A stretch of 61,833 nt of DNA, the filler included, from Chloroflexota bacterium (GTDB lineage Bacteria > Chloroflexota > Chloroflexia > QHBQ01), in the NCBI GenBank assembly GCA_043754535.1. It is 7 parts of 7 records of this genome, joined end to end, with 100 filler letters (N's around TTAATTAATTAA, not from the genome) between each part and the next. Parts side by side here need not be neighbours in the genome. Positions count along the whole stretch, not along the records: positions 38,862 to 52,882 come from JAYUUN010000049.1; positions 52,983 to 57,412 come from JAYUUN010000052.1; positions 57,513 to 61,833 come from JAYUUN010000058.1; 4 more parts are not named here. The stretch is one strand, 5' to 3'. Under the pieces are notes generated by a model that was given only the letters and a program-made list of their open reading frames with translations, did not search any database and was not told the origin of the DNA. A program made the translations under genes and the position numbers. Below are positions 49,768 through 60,099 of the stretch, piece after piece; the stretch's first letter is position 1; every line of letters starts with the position of its first letter.

Positions 49768-49950
49768 GGAGAGGACATTGAACCGCATCTACGACCGGGC
49801 GGCTGGCTTCCGCAAGCGAGGGACGACCAGCCCGCGAGAGCAGTCAGCACTGGCCCTTGACGATCACAGTCTATGCTTCCGCAAGAAGCGAGTACGCCTT
49901 CTTCGATGCCATCGAGATTGTCGCCCACAGGCGAGAGCGGAGTCACTGAT

Positions 49951-52800
49951 TTAAAGACACTCCTCGGTTTTGAGACACAGAGGGCGGAGCCGCTGCGACC
50001 CCACCCTTCGCTTGCTTACAGATTGTGTCGTTAACGGTGTCTGGATGGCGCGGCTAACCACCTTCGACAGTTCGCCCCGGCGGATGCTGTCGTTGGGCCG
50101 GAAGCAAGTGCCGCCGCCGCAAGCCCCGCCGCTGATGATACCCCGCTGGGCCAGCGTCTCAATCGCGGCGTAGGCAAAGTTGCTCGTCGGCACGTCGGCA
50201 AAGGTCGGTGTAGCGGGGGTGAAGGGGGTAAAGTTGCGGATGCGCTGTACGATGATGGCGACCTGGGCGCGGGTCACATTGTTGTTGGGGCGGAAGCAGG
50301 GGACGCTCGTGCCGCTGCACTGGCTCGGCTGGGTGAAGCCGGTGATTGCGCCAGCGTGGGCCGCTGCTTCGATAAAGTTGTAGAAGACGTTGTTGGTTGG
50401 CACGTCGCCGAAAGTCGGGGTGGCTGGGGTGTAAGCCTGGATGCCGAAGCCGACTACGGCGATTTTGGCGAACTCGCCGCGTCGGGTGTTGTCGTTGGGG
50501 CGGAACAGCCCGCCAGAGCCGGTGACGATGCCGCGACAGGCCAGGTAGCGGATGTCGTTGTAGAAGACGTTGCTGGTCGGCACATCGGTGAAGCTGACGT
50601 TGCAGGCGGTCGGCGATGGTACAGGCGTGGGCGGCGTGCTACCGGGCAGGAACTTGGTGATGAAGCTGTCAAAGTCGAGGCTAGGGCCGCCAATCGTCGG
50701 CTGCTGCGCGTTGAGGAGCGGGAAGTTCTGGAACGACTGGGTCGTGCCGACGACGTAGACGTTGCCCGCCGCGTCCGCTGATACACCATAAGCGGTGTCC
50801 GACTTGTTGCCACCGAGGTAGGTCGAGTAGCTGCGTGCGCCTGCCGGGTCGAACTTCGTATAGAAGCCGTCATCGGGCGTGCCGTAGAAGGTGGACTGCG
50901 CCGCGTCCGCCGTGCGCGGGTAGTTGTCGGAGCGGGTGTCGCCGACGGCGTGGACGTTGCCGCTGCCGTCAACCGTGATTGACTGTATCTCATCGTCGGC
51001 GTTGCCGCCGAGGTAGGTCGAGTAGAGGAGGCTGAAGCTCTGGTCGGTGCGGAAGGCACTCACATAGCCGTCGTAGCCGTAGCCGTTGGTCGGCTGGCTG
51101 GCGTTGGCGGTCGGGAAGTTGGTCGAGAACGTCCAGCCGCCGAGGTACAGCACGTTGTTGCGGAAGACAACATTGCTGGCGTGGTCGTTGTTGTTGCCAC
51201 CGAACAGCGTCGAGAAGTTGCTGTAGGTGTAGGTGTTGGTGGTCGTCACCAGTTGGGTGATGAATAGCTTGTCGCCACTGAAGGATTCGGGTGGGGTAAT
51301 CGGGTTGCGTTGCGGGAAGGTCAGGGTCGAGTTGCTGTCCCCGACGAGGTAGATGGTGTTGTTGCTGCGGTCAATCGCAATGCCGAAGCCGGAGTCCGAA
51401 CCTTCGCCACCGTGATAACTGGAATAGAGGAAGCTACCTGTGGGGCTGAACTTGGTGATGAAGCCATCGAGCTGAGTGCTGGTTGGGCCGCCACCCTTGA
51501 TCGGCTGGAAGGCGTTGGCCGTGACCGGGAAGCTGGGGTAGAAGCTGCTGCCGGGGTTGTCGTTCGAGTCGGTCGAACCGACGATGTAGACGTTGTTGGC
51601 GTTGTCCAGCACGAGGCCATGCGCCCGCTCGTCGCCACCGCCGCCGAGATAGGTCAGGAAGCCGCCACTTAGTTGACCGCTGGCGGTCAGCTTGAGGATG
51701 AAGCCGTCGCTGGCGGTGATGCTGCTAACCCCACCCCCGAACGCTGGCTGGAACGCGCCGGGCGTAACCGGCAGGTCTTCCGAGCCGGTCGCACCGGTCA
51801 TGTAGATCGCGCCGTCGCTGCCGATGCTGATCGCCTCCGCGCTCTCCTCGCCTGCCCCGCCAACGAGGGTGCTGAACTGGCGCACGCCGTTGCTGTTGAG
51901 CTTGGTGGTGAAGATGTCGTAGCCCACCGCCGCCCGGTTGCTGCCAGGGAAGTTGCTGGAAACGGTCTGGCCGCTGATGTAGATGTTGCCAGCCGCGTCG
52001 GTCGTCACCGCCAGTGCCTCATCCAGATTGTCGCCGCCGAGGTAGCTGGAATAGCCGATTACCGGGTCAATGACGAGCGGCTGGCTGCGGTCGTAGTTGC
52101 CGACGCTGAAGCCGAACTGGTTGCCACCAAGCAGGGTGTAGCTGCCGCTGACCATCTGCTTGTCGCTACCGCTGCCCTGATAAAGGATCGGGGCGGGGGT
52201 GACGAGCTTGCCATTGGCCGTGTGCAGCACAAGGTCGCCATCAACCAATTCGATGCGGTCAGCACCAGCGACCAGCACCTTGATCTGGCTGCTGTCTGCA
52301 CCTGCTGCTACGATGAAGTCGTACTCCATCCCCTGGTCGCCAATGTAGTAGGCGAGATCAATGCCGGGGTAGACGCTGCCATACTGCACGCGGGCATAGC
52401 CGGGGACGTTGGTCGCCCAGCGGCGGGCATCGCTGCCGAGATAGTAGTTGCTTACGCCAGCGACTGGCTGGCTGGCGGTTAGGGTGGGGTTGGCGTTCGC
52501 ACCCTGCGGTTGCAGGCGGATGACCGCTGCCGTGCCATTCTTGCTGCTGGCCCGTAGGCTAATCGCCGCCTCACGCGGGCTGAGGGCGATGGTGTGGCCC
52601 GCACCGCGTGACAGGTAGCTTACGCCGTCGGCGAACTGGCCCATGTTCGGCTCGAACCAAGTCGAGGTGGAGGTGGTGGCGAGGGCTGCGCTGCTGGGCT
52701 TGCTGGCTGGGCTGGAGCCGAACGCCGGTTGGATGACGACGCTGCTGAGGACGAGGGCGACGAGGGCGAGGCTGAACAGCCGCCAGAGTTTGTAATTCAC
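49951..52800 (-). CDS. Second SBBP-repeat + SLH surface protein
   Basis: RBS AAAGGGG before GTG; signal peptide; FEPNMGQ; YSTYLGG repeats; SLH repeats closely similar to 2350-5130. Confidence 0.88.
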   Translation of the reverse strand: MNYKLWRLFSLALVALVLSSVVIQPAFGSSPASKPSSAALATTSTSTWFEPNMGQFADGVSYLSRGAGHTIALSPREAAISLRASSKNGTAAVIRLQPQGANANPTLTASQPVAGVSNYYLGSDARRWATNVPGYARVQYGSVYPGIDLAYYIGDQGMEYDFIVAAGADSSQIKVLVAGADRIELVDGDLVLHTANGKLVTPAPILYQGSGSDKQMVSGSYTLLGGNQFGFSVGNYDRSQPLVIDPVIGYSSYLGGDNLDEALAVTTDAAGNIYISGQTVSSNFPGSNRAAVGYDIFTTKLNSNGVRQFSTLVGGAGEESAEAISIGSDGAIYMTGATGSEDLPVTPGAFQPAFGGGVSSITASDGFILKLTASGQLSGGFLTYLGGGGDERAHGLVLDNANNVYIVGSTDSNDNPGSSFYPSFPVTANAFQPIKGGGPTSTQLDGFITKFSPTGSFLYSSYHGGEGSDSGFGIAIDRSNNTIYLVGDSNSTLTFPQRNPITPPESFSGDKLFITQLVTTTNTYTYSNFSTLFGGNNNDHASNVVFRNNVLYLGGWTFSTNFPTANASQPTNGYGYDGYVSAFRTDQSFSLLYSTYLGGNADDEIQSITVDGSGNVHAVGDTRSDNYPRTADAAQSTFYGTPDDGFYTKFDPAGARSYSTYLGGNKSDTAYGVSADAAGNVYVVGTTQSFQNFPLLNAQQPTIGGPSLDFDSFITKFLPGSTPPTPVPSPTACNVSFTDVPTSNVFYNDIRYLACRGIVTGSGGLFRPNDNTRRGEFAKIAVVGFGIQAYTPATPTFGDVPTNNVFYNFIEAAAHAGAITGFTQPSQCSGTSVPCFRPNNNVTRAQVAIIVQRIRNFTPFTPATPTFADVPTSNFAYAAIETLAQRGIISGGACGGGTCFRPNDSIRRGELSKVVSRAIQTPLTTQSVSKRRVGSQRLRPLCLKTEECL

Positions 52801-52982
52801 TGCAATTCCCCTTTCTAAAGGAACATCTGTTGTTGACAGGGCGGCGATGGTCACTGCCCCGCTGCTTCAACTGCTGACCTTANNNNNNNNNNNNNNNNNN
52901 NNNNNNNNNNNNNNNNNNNNNNNNNNTTAATTAATTAANNNNNNNNNNNNNNNNNNNNNNNNNNNNNNNNNNNNNNNNNNNN

Positions 52983-53729
52983 AACGCTAACGTTCGTTCG
53001 GTAGTCCAGATATTTCTTTTGCGCTTCCATCAGAGCTGGCAGAGCTTGCACATCGGCAAGCTCACCTAGTGCCTTGGCCGCCGATGATCGTACAGATTTT
53101 TCCTTGTCATCCAGTGCTAGCAAAAGGTAGCTTGTACTTGGTACATTGTTCATTGTACCAAGAGCTTCGGCGACAGTACGTCTAACCAAAGCACTGCTAT
53201 CATCAAACGCAGATACAAGCAATGGAAAGGCTTGCTCTCCATAGTTTCTAGCTAGCGTGGTCACTGCCGCACTACGTACTTTTTTACTACTGTCAGTCTT
53301 TACAATCAACGACAACTCATAACCACTGGTACTCCAAGCTCCCACCACAATACTAACACAGGCTTCTCGAACACGCCAATCCACATCATTCAGTAGCTCA
53401 GCAAAGTAGTTGATAGAGGGAGAACCGACGATCTCATGTACAGCCGTAATCACAGCAACTTTAACTCGGCTTTTCTCATCATGCAGTCTGTTCAGGAGAT
53501 AAGGTATTGCTCTCGCATCCCCCAGGAAACCAAGAAACAGGCACGCTTGTTCACGGATGTCTGCATTATAGTGGGTAGTTAGTTTAACGAGATTGTCGAA
53601 GGCTGGCATAAAGTCGTGATTTTCGAAGCTAGTAGACATTGTTCCTAGCCTGCCCAGTGCCGCAAGACAAACTAGTTCATCAGCATCATCCAATTTGGCA
53701 ACAAGCTCTAGCATACGTGTGTCGCTCAT
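52983..53729 (-). CDS. HEAT/PBS-lyase repeat protein, low GC, 3' truncated
   Basis: Repeated D....VR..A..ALG units. Confidence 0.8.
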
Positions 53730-53818
53730 TATTAGCTACTCTCCATCAGCGATATCCTATTTGAAGGGACCAGGGACTCTGGCTCCTCTAACTATGTAGT
53801 AGGTTGGTTGCGACGGAT

Positions 53819-56800
53819 TCAGCAAATATGGTCAAAGCAGACAAGGTGCAAGTCCTCGCGCTGCAACTGCGTATGGTGCTGGCTGCTGGCTGTTGGGGGG
53901 GCCTGCTGACTGACGATGCGGTTGACTTCAGCTAGCAATGCGGCCACATCCTGCTCATTGGCGTAGCTGTTGTAGGCTTGCTTCAGTTCCTTAAGGTAGA
54001 CGTTGGCTAGCGGCTGGCTGAGGTTGGTGATGGCCGCAATCACCGCGGCGCGGCGCAGGGCGGGGTTGCTCATCGCCAAGCGTAGAGTCGCTATGATGTT
54101 GTTCTGCACAGCGTCAATCTTCTTGGGGGCTTCCTCCAACGCCACCTGCCGCTCTGCCGAGCGCAGGATGTCGGCGATCACCTTCTCCTGCACTGCGAAG
54201 GGGTCTTGGTCGTCGGCCTGGCGCGGCGTGTCGAGCGCACACCGGATCAGGTCGGCAATTTGATAGCGGTTATCGGTGATCCTGTCGGTTTGTGCGTCGT
54301 AGTACCGCCAGTAGTGCTGCCTGCTCTCGCCGTCGGGGTTGTCTGCCGTAAAGTAGAAGAACATACCGCGTGCGCCGCGCCCGTCCTTGCCGCTGTGGAT
54401 GCCGTCGGGTAGCTGCTCCAACGCCTCGCGTCCCTGCGCTGCCACCCACTCGCGGATTTGGCGCAGCATGAACTCGCTAGTCGCTAGTTCAGCGAACTGC
54501 TCCTGCTCCTCAAGCACATCGCTGTCTTCGGCTTGAATCCGCTTGAGCGTGTTGAAGTTTTGCGGATGTACCACTTCGCCGAGGATGCTGGTGTCGAGGA
54601 AGCCGCTGTTGTCTATCTGGCTGATCTTGTCGTTCAGGCTCTTGACCAGCCCCAGTAGTTCTTCAAGCCCCTCCTCTGGAAAGACGTTGGCGATCTCCAG
54701 CGTGTCGAATGGGCTGCCGATGCGGTCAATGCGCCCCGCTCGCTGCACCATGCGAGTCGGGTTCCAGTGCAGGTCGTAGTTGATCAGGATGCCGCACTCT
54801 TGCAAGTTCTGGCCCTCGCTCAACACGTCGGTGGCGATCAGGATGTTGATCTCCTTCTCCGTGCCGACCCACTCCGGGTGGCCGTTGCGCGTTGGGGTGA
54901 AGGCGGCGACGATTGCACCGCGATCCTGCACGTTGTTGCCGCTGTCCATCCGTCGGACATGGGGGTTGCCCGCCGCCGCCCGCCACTGCTCGGTAGCTTC
55001 GCTTTCGCCGCATAGCTGCTGGTAAACATAGCGCACCGTATCCTTGTAGTAGCTGAAGATTAGCACCTTCTGGCCGCGCATCTCGCCCGCCAGCAAGTCT
55101 TTGAGCGCGTTGAGTTTAGCGTCCTGCTCTGGGTTGATGCCCTTGATCTGCTGCCAGATGCGTTCAAGGATGCCGATGTCGGTTTGTAGGGCGCGGTCAA
55201 TTGCCCGCAGATCGTACTGGTTCATGTCCAGCGTCGGCAGGCTGTCCAGATACTTGCGGGCTTCGGCGTGCGCGTCTATCTCGTCGGCGCGGCTCTGTGG
55301 GGTTGCGTCGTCCTCGTCGTTCTCGGCAGCAATGTAGCTGGTCAGCTTGCGGAAGTCGCGGCTGCTGACCAGCTTGCCCCCCAGCAGGTACTCGCGGAAG
55401 GTCTGGCTGAACTGCAACGCTCGCCGCACGCTGATGCGGAAGGCCGCCACGCTCGACTCGAACCGCTTGAGGTAGCGCGTCTTGAAGATGCCGACCAACG
55501 CCTGTTCGCGGCCAAGCTCGAACACGTCGGTCTGCCCCTTCTTGTATTGTTCCAGATTGTAGGGGGCAAGGGTTAGTTGACTAACCCCCCCTACGATGTC
55601 GGCGTAGATGCCGGGGTAGGTCGCTTCCAGATTGTAGGGGATCGTCCGCAGCCTGCGCTCCGGCCAGCGCACTGTCTCGCCCTCGATCACCGCTTCGGGG
55701 TAGGCTTTGCGGATGAAGGGGCGGGTGCGGCGGATCACCACTTCTTCCAGCAGATTGAACAGCGCAACCGCTTCTCCATGTGTGCTGGGCTGACGACGGG
55801 CGGCGAGGAAGTAGTTCTTGAGGTCGCCAATGCCCGCCCCGGCGAAGTAGCTGAGATCGTTGCCAGTAAAGAGGTTGATCTGGCTGTAGAGGTCGAAGAT
55901 CGTGTTGTTGATCGGGGTGGCAGACAGCATGATCAGCTTCTTGCGCTCCCCCGCCCGCCCGCGCCTGCCGTTGCCGCCCAGCAGCCGCTCAAGGTTCTGG
56001 TAGCGTCCACTGCTGCCGTTGCGGAAGTTGTGGCTTTCGTCAATCAGCACCACGTCGGTGTCCATGTGGGCGGTTGCGTCGAACTCGTCGCGGCCTAGCT
56101 CCTCCTGACTGATCACCTCGGCGGCAATGGTCGCCTCCTTCAATTCGTGCTGCCACATCGGGCGCAGGGCCGCCGGGCAGATCACGACCGCCTTCTGCCG
56201 CTGGTGGTAGGCGTAATCTTCGAGCAGCTTCTTGCCAATCCAGGTCTTGCCCAGGCCCACCGAGTCGGCAATCAGTACGCCGTCGTAGCGGGCGAGGATG
56301 CGCCGCGCCTTCTTGACCGCATCCTCTTGGAACTCGGCGAGGTTGACGACAGAGCGGGTGTTGCCGATCTCCTGCTGCTCTAGCTCGTCGCGGAAATACT
56401 CGAACAGGGCTTTGGTGTAAATCTGGTAGGGGGTGTATTCGTTGCTGACGAACTGCGAACCGACAAGCAGTTGGATTAGCTCAGCCTTGTAGTCGTGGCT
56501 GGCGGCCCAGTTGCGCTCGAACCAGCCGCTAAGTTCTTGCATGGCGGTTGCCCCGACGCTGGACATGGCCTGCCTGCGCTGGGCTAGCTGCTGCGGCGTG
56601 CTGCTAGCTGGGTCGCTGGCGGCGGCGTTGATGTCGAAGAAGGCTAGCTGACCGACCTGCTCCGCGAGGTTGAGTTCGTCGTCGCTGAGCATCGATTTGT
56701 GGGCGAGGTTGAGTTCGCGGTTGCTGGTCAGGCCGGGCGTGGTCAGGTTGCTGCTGCCGACGATAGCCGCGCTGGGGTTGAGACGGTCGCGGCTACCCGG

Positions 56801-57220
56801 CTTGTCGCCGTAGAAGATGTAGCTCTTGGCGTGCAGGAAGCCGCTGCCGTACAGCCGCACCTCCACTTCGGGACGGCTGAGGAAGACGATCAGCGACTTG
56901 ACCGCCGCCTGCGTGGTGGCGTTGAAGGGGCTGGTCTGCAACTCGTAGCCGAGGCTCTCCGACTCAAGCAGGTTGGCGGCGTGGCGGGGCTGCTTCCTTG
57001 CGCGCAGGCCGAGGTCAACCGCCGTCTTGGGTTCAGCCCCCAGCAGCAGGCGCAGGCTGCCCAGCCCCTGCAACCCGCTTTGCAGCAGGCGGAAGCCGCC
57101 GACGTTGAAGTAGGCCGTCGCCACGTCGAGGCTGCGGCCTGTATGGTCGGCCAGCAACTCGGCCAGCACCGCCTGCATCTTGTGCTGCTGGTTGTCTATG
57201 ACGTAGGGGATGGATTTCAT
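53819..57220 (-). CDS. PLD-nuclease + SNF2 helicase fusion, restriction/defence-associated
   Basis: FLHAKSY..GSSNLT; ADSVGLGKT; DESH; SATP; SEGQNLQ; QRAGRIDR. Confidence 0.9.
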   Translation of the reverse strand: MKSIPYVIDNQQHKMQAVLAELLADHTGRSLDVATAYFNVGGFRLLQSGLQGLGSLRLLLGAEPKTAVDLGLRARKQPRHAANLLESESLGYELQTSPFNATTQAAVKSLIVFLSRPEVEVRLYGSGFLHAKSYIFYGDKPGSRDRLNPSAAIVGSSNLTTPGLTSNRELNLAHKSMLSDDELNLAEQVGQLAFFDINAAASDPASSTPQQLAQRRQAMSSVGATAMQELSGWFERNWAASHDYKAELIQLLVGSQFVSNEYTPYQIYTKALFEYFRDELEQQEIGNTRSVVNLAEFQEDAVKKARRILARYDGVLIADSVGLGKTWIGKKLLEDYAYHQRQKAVVICPAALRPMWQHELKEATIAAEVISQEELGRDEFDATAHMDTDVVLIDESHNFRNGSSGRYQNLERLLGGNGRRGRAGERKKLIMLSATPINNTIFDLYSQINLFTGNDLSYFAGAGIGDLKNYFLAARRQPSTHGEAVALFNLLEEVVIRRTRPFIRKAYPEAVIEGETVRWPERRLRTIPYNLEATYPGIYADIVGGVSQLTLAPYNLEQYKKGQTDVFELGREQALVGIFKTRYLKRFESSVAAFRISVRRALQFSQTFREYLLGGKLVSSRDFRKLTSYIAAENDEDDATPQSRADEIDAHAEARKYLDSLPTLDMNQYDLRAIDRALQTDIGILERIWQQIKGINPEQDAKLNALKDLLAGEMRGQKVLIFSYYKDTVRYVYQQLCGESEATEQWRAAAGNPHVRRMDSGNNVQDRGAIVAAFTPTRNGHPEWVGTEKEINILIATDVLSEGQNLQECGILINYDLHWNPTRMVQRAGRIDRIGSPFDTLEIANVFPEEGLEELLGLVKSLNDKISQIDNSGFLDTSILGEVVHPQNFNTLKRIQAEDSDVLEEQEQFAELATSEFMLRQIREWVAAQGREALEQLPDGIHSGKDGRGARGMFFYFTADNPDGESRQHYWRYYDAQTDRITDNRYQIADLIRCALDTPRQADDQDPFAVQEKVIADILRSAERQVALEEAPKKIDAVQNNIIATLRLAMSNPALRRAAVIAAITNLSQPLANVYLKELKQAYNSYANEQDVAALLAEVNRIVSQQAPPTASSQHHTQLQREDLHLVCFDHIC

Positions 57221-57512
57221 GCTGCACCTTTCCTTTGCTAGAAAAGACGTGGCTGGTTGCGTTCGGTGATCGGTGTTGGACAGTCATAGAACCCACCATA
57301 CTTGTCAGGGTAGCATTGCACATTGAGCTTCCTGTGCAAGCCTTGTTCTTGCAACCAGGGTGGCAGGTTGGTATCTTGCCACTCTACCACCCTCCTCCAC
57401 TCTACCAACTCTNNNNNNNNNNNNNNNNNNNNNNNNNNNNNNNNNNNNNNNNNNNNTTAATTAATTAANNNNNNNNNNNNNNNNNNNNNNNNNNNNNNNN
57501 NNNNNNNNNNNN

Positions 57513-58210
57513 CCAACTGCCCAGCCTTCATCATCGGAGAGAAGGCTTATACTACGCAAATCGGCAGTAACAGGCTGCCTCTCCACATAAATGTCTTGGT
57601 AACGAAGTTTGCCGAGTAGGCTGAGTTGCACTTCGTATGGAGTACCCAGTTTATCTAGATGGAACTCAAACACAGCTCGCTCAAAATACTGTACTTTGTA
57701 TTCTTTGCTGTCGATCTCAGAAACCTCAATGAACTCATCGCTGACAGGGTAGCCCTGCACCGCAAGACCACCATGCTGCTCCCAGTAGCTGCGGAACTTG
57801 CCACCTATTGTCTTACCGGTCGCAGCGAAGTAGTATGGATTGTCAGTGCTAACTAGCTGATCTGCTGCTCCACTGGGGTATTTGTTACTGTAACGCTCCT
57901 TACCTAGCAGCGAGAGAAGGACATCATGAGGTGGCTGGTTTTCAGGATGCAGCTCAAACCGACCCCTCTCAAAATACTGAACAAGTGGAGCATTAAGCTG
58001 ATCAGAAGATGGCACTGGTTCATAGAACTGGTCAGTCAGCGGGTAGCCGAACTGAACAAGGCCACCATGCTGCTGCCAGTAGTCAAGGAAGCGACCTTGC
58101 ACGGTGCAGCCAGTCTGGTCGAAGTAGCGGCTGTCGGCTTGAGCATCCACGCTGGCTGAGTTTAGGCTGGCAATGATCACCAGTAGCAGGACGAGCTTGA
58201 GCAACCGCAT
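57513..58210 (-). CDS. Secreted protein with YFxxTG/VQYFER repeats and the start of a GWAV propeller (partial)
   Basis: Signal peptide; two F..YW.QHGGL...GYP...VQYFER..FE.H repeats. Confidence 0.8.
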
Positions 58211-58294
58211 GGCACTTCCCCTCTACTATCTTGCAGGGAGTGGCACACGAAGCCACTGCCCTGGAACAAAGCACGCTGAGCCTACGAGGTTGCC

Positions 58295-58345
58295 AGCAGC
58301 TAGCAGCGCACCCCTGCTTTAGCCCAAGATGCGCTGCTAGCTGCT
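58295..58345. terminator. 16-bp perfect inverted repeat after the LLM gene
   Basis: AGCAGCTAGCAGCGCA / TGCGCTGCTAGCTGCT. Confidence 0.55.
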
Positions 58346-58356
58346 CCCCCTACACC

Positions 58357-59316
58357 CTACTTGAAGGCGGGTAGCACCTCGGCAGCCAGGCGGCGCACGT
58401 TGTCGAGCTTGTAAGCGTCAAGCAGGTAGATGGTGAAGTACTGCGCGCCCGCCTCCACCAGCTTCTGCAAGCCTTCGACGATCTGCTGGCTGTTGCCCAC
58501 CAGGTTGCCCTTGCGGTACTGCTCCAGGCTGGACTGACCACGAATCTTCTTCGTCAGTTGGTCGGCCTCTGCGTCGCTATCTGCGTAGCCCACGGTCACG
58601 TTGGCGGTGCGGGTGATCTCGTCGTAAGGGCGGTTCACCTCATCACAGTGTTCCTTGAGGATAGCGAACTTTTGGCGGTACACTTCGGGGTCAATGCCGC
58701 TGATGTTGCAGGCATCACCAAACTTGGCGACCAGCTTGAGCGTAACCTGCTCGCCGCCGCCACCGATCAGCAACGGAATCTTGCGGCCCGCACTCTTTGG
58801 CTCGTTGATCGCGCCGTCCACCGTGTAGTATTCGCCCTCGAACTTGGCCCGCTCGTCGTCCCACATGGTGCGGATCACGCGCACGCCCTCGGCCAGACGG
58901 CGCATCCGCTCGCGCGTGTCGGGGAAGCCGAAGCCGTAGGCACGGTACTCATGCTCGTACCAGCCCGCGCCGATGCCGAAGAACAGCCGCCCGTGGCTGA
59001 GTACGTCAATAGTAGAGGCCATCTTCGCCAACACTGCCGGGTTGCGGTAACCCATGCAGCCGACCATCTGACCGATCTTCACGTTCTGGGTGTCGCGAGC
59101 AAGGGCGGCAGTGGTCGTCCAGCACTCGAAGACCGCCTCTGTCTCTGGCGTAGGGACCGTGTGGAAGTGGTCGTAGAGCCAGATCGACTCGTAGCCGAGC
59201 TTGTCCGCCTCCTTCGCCACGTTGGTCATTGCCTCATACTTCTCTACTGGGTCCTTGATATCCACCAGGTCCATACGCCAGCCCTGGGGAACGAAAATAC
59301 CGATCTTTGCGCTCAT
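58357..59316 (-). CDS. LLM-class F420-dependent oxidoreductase
   Basis: SIWLYDHF, YRNPAVLAKM, GIGAGWYEHE, LIGGGGE. Confidence 0.9.
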   Translation of the reverse strand: MSAKIGIFVPQGWRMDLVDIKDPVEKYEAMTNVAKEADKLGYESIWLYDHFHTVPTPETEAVFECWTTTAALARDTQNVKIGQMVGCMGYRNPAVLAKMASTIDVLSHGRLFFGIGAGWYEHEYRAYGFGFPDTRERMRRLAEGVRVIRTMWDDERAKFEGEYYTVDGAINEPKSAGRKIPLLIGGGGEQVTLKLVAKFGDACNISGIDPEVYRQKFAILKEHCDEVNRPYDEITRTANVTVGYADSDAEADQLTKKIRGQSSLEQYRKGNLVGNSQQIVEGLQKLVEAGAQYFTIYLLDAYKLDNVRRLAAEVLPAFK

Positions 59317-59410
59317 CCTATGTCTCCTCTTATGTTGGTTGTTAGTTGGTACCCAGTTCTAGATATCAAGTAACGTGCCGCAAGGATGATAACACAGTGG
59401 TAGGGTTAGG

Positions 59411-60085
59411 CTAGCTATCGCCCACGATCTGCTCGACGATAGCGATCACCCGCTCGTCGCGTAGGTGAGCAGGGTTAGCAGCAGCAATCTGATGCAGGTG
59501 TGGCAGCAAAGCCGCTGTCTGCGCAACCATGCGAGCAGGCGCAACCTGGTAGGCAACGCTAGCGGCGGGGTCATCACCGAGGGTGAGGGTGTAGTGCAGT
59601 ACCTGCTGGCGGCCAGGACGCATCCAGCGACCATGAACTGTCAGTTGGCTGACGTGCAGGCGCAGGCTAGCGCAGATCACCGCAGTTTGGCGGCGCGGAT
59701 CGGCTGGCCCAGCGGCAAGCTGCACCTCCGCCTGGGTGAGGCAAGCCTGGGCGAACTGCTCGGCCTGGACGAAGTCGGCGAAGTAGAAGTGGAAGTCGCG
59801 ATTGTCAGCAGCAAACTCCTCGTTCCAGCGAGCCTGGTGCCTAGCGGTCAACTCTGCTGCCTGCTTGTCCTTCGCCTCGTCGTAGAGGGCAGTGTAGCGG
59901 CGGGTATATTCCTGCTCCAACTGCTGCCACTGTTCGCGGCGGGCAGTCGGCAAGGCGTGGACGATGCTCAGGCGCAGCCACCCTCGCGGCGGGTCGGCCT
60001 CCCCCTCTGGCAAGTCCCACCAGAGGCCAGTCGGCCCGTCGTAAAGTAGCAGCGGCACACTCGGTAGAGCCATCGACCCCTCCAC
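59411..60085 (-). CDS. Hypothetical protein
   Basis: Co-oriented ORF filling the rnj-LLM gap. Confidence 0.65.
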   Translation of the reverse strand: MEGSMALPSVPLLLYDGPTGLWWDLPEGEADPPRGWLRLSIVHALPTARREQWQQLEQEYTRRYTALYDEAKDKQAAELTARHQARWNEEFAADNRDFHFYFADFVQAEQFAQACLTQAEVQLAAGPADPRRQTAVICASLRLHVSQLTVHGRWMRPGRQQVLHYTLTLGDDPAASVAYQVAPARMVAQTAALLPHLHQIAAANPAHLRDERVIAIVEQIVGDS

Positions 60086-60099
60086 ATCTTGCCCGCAGG

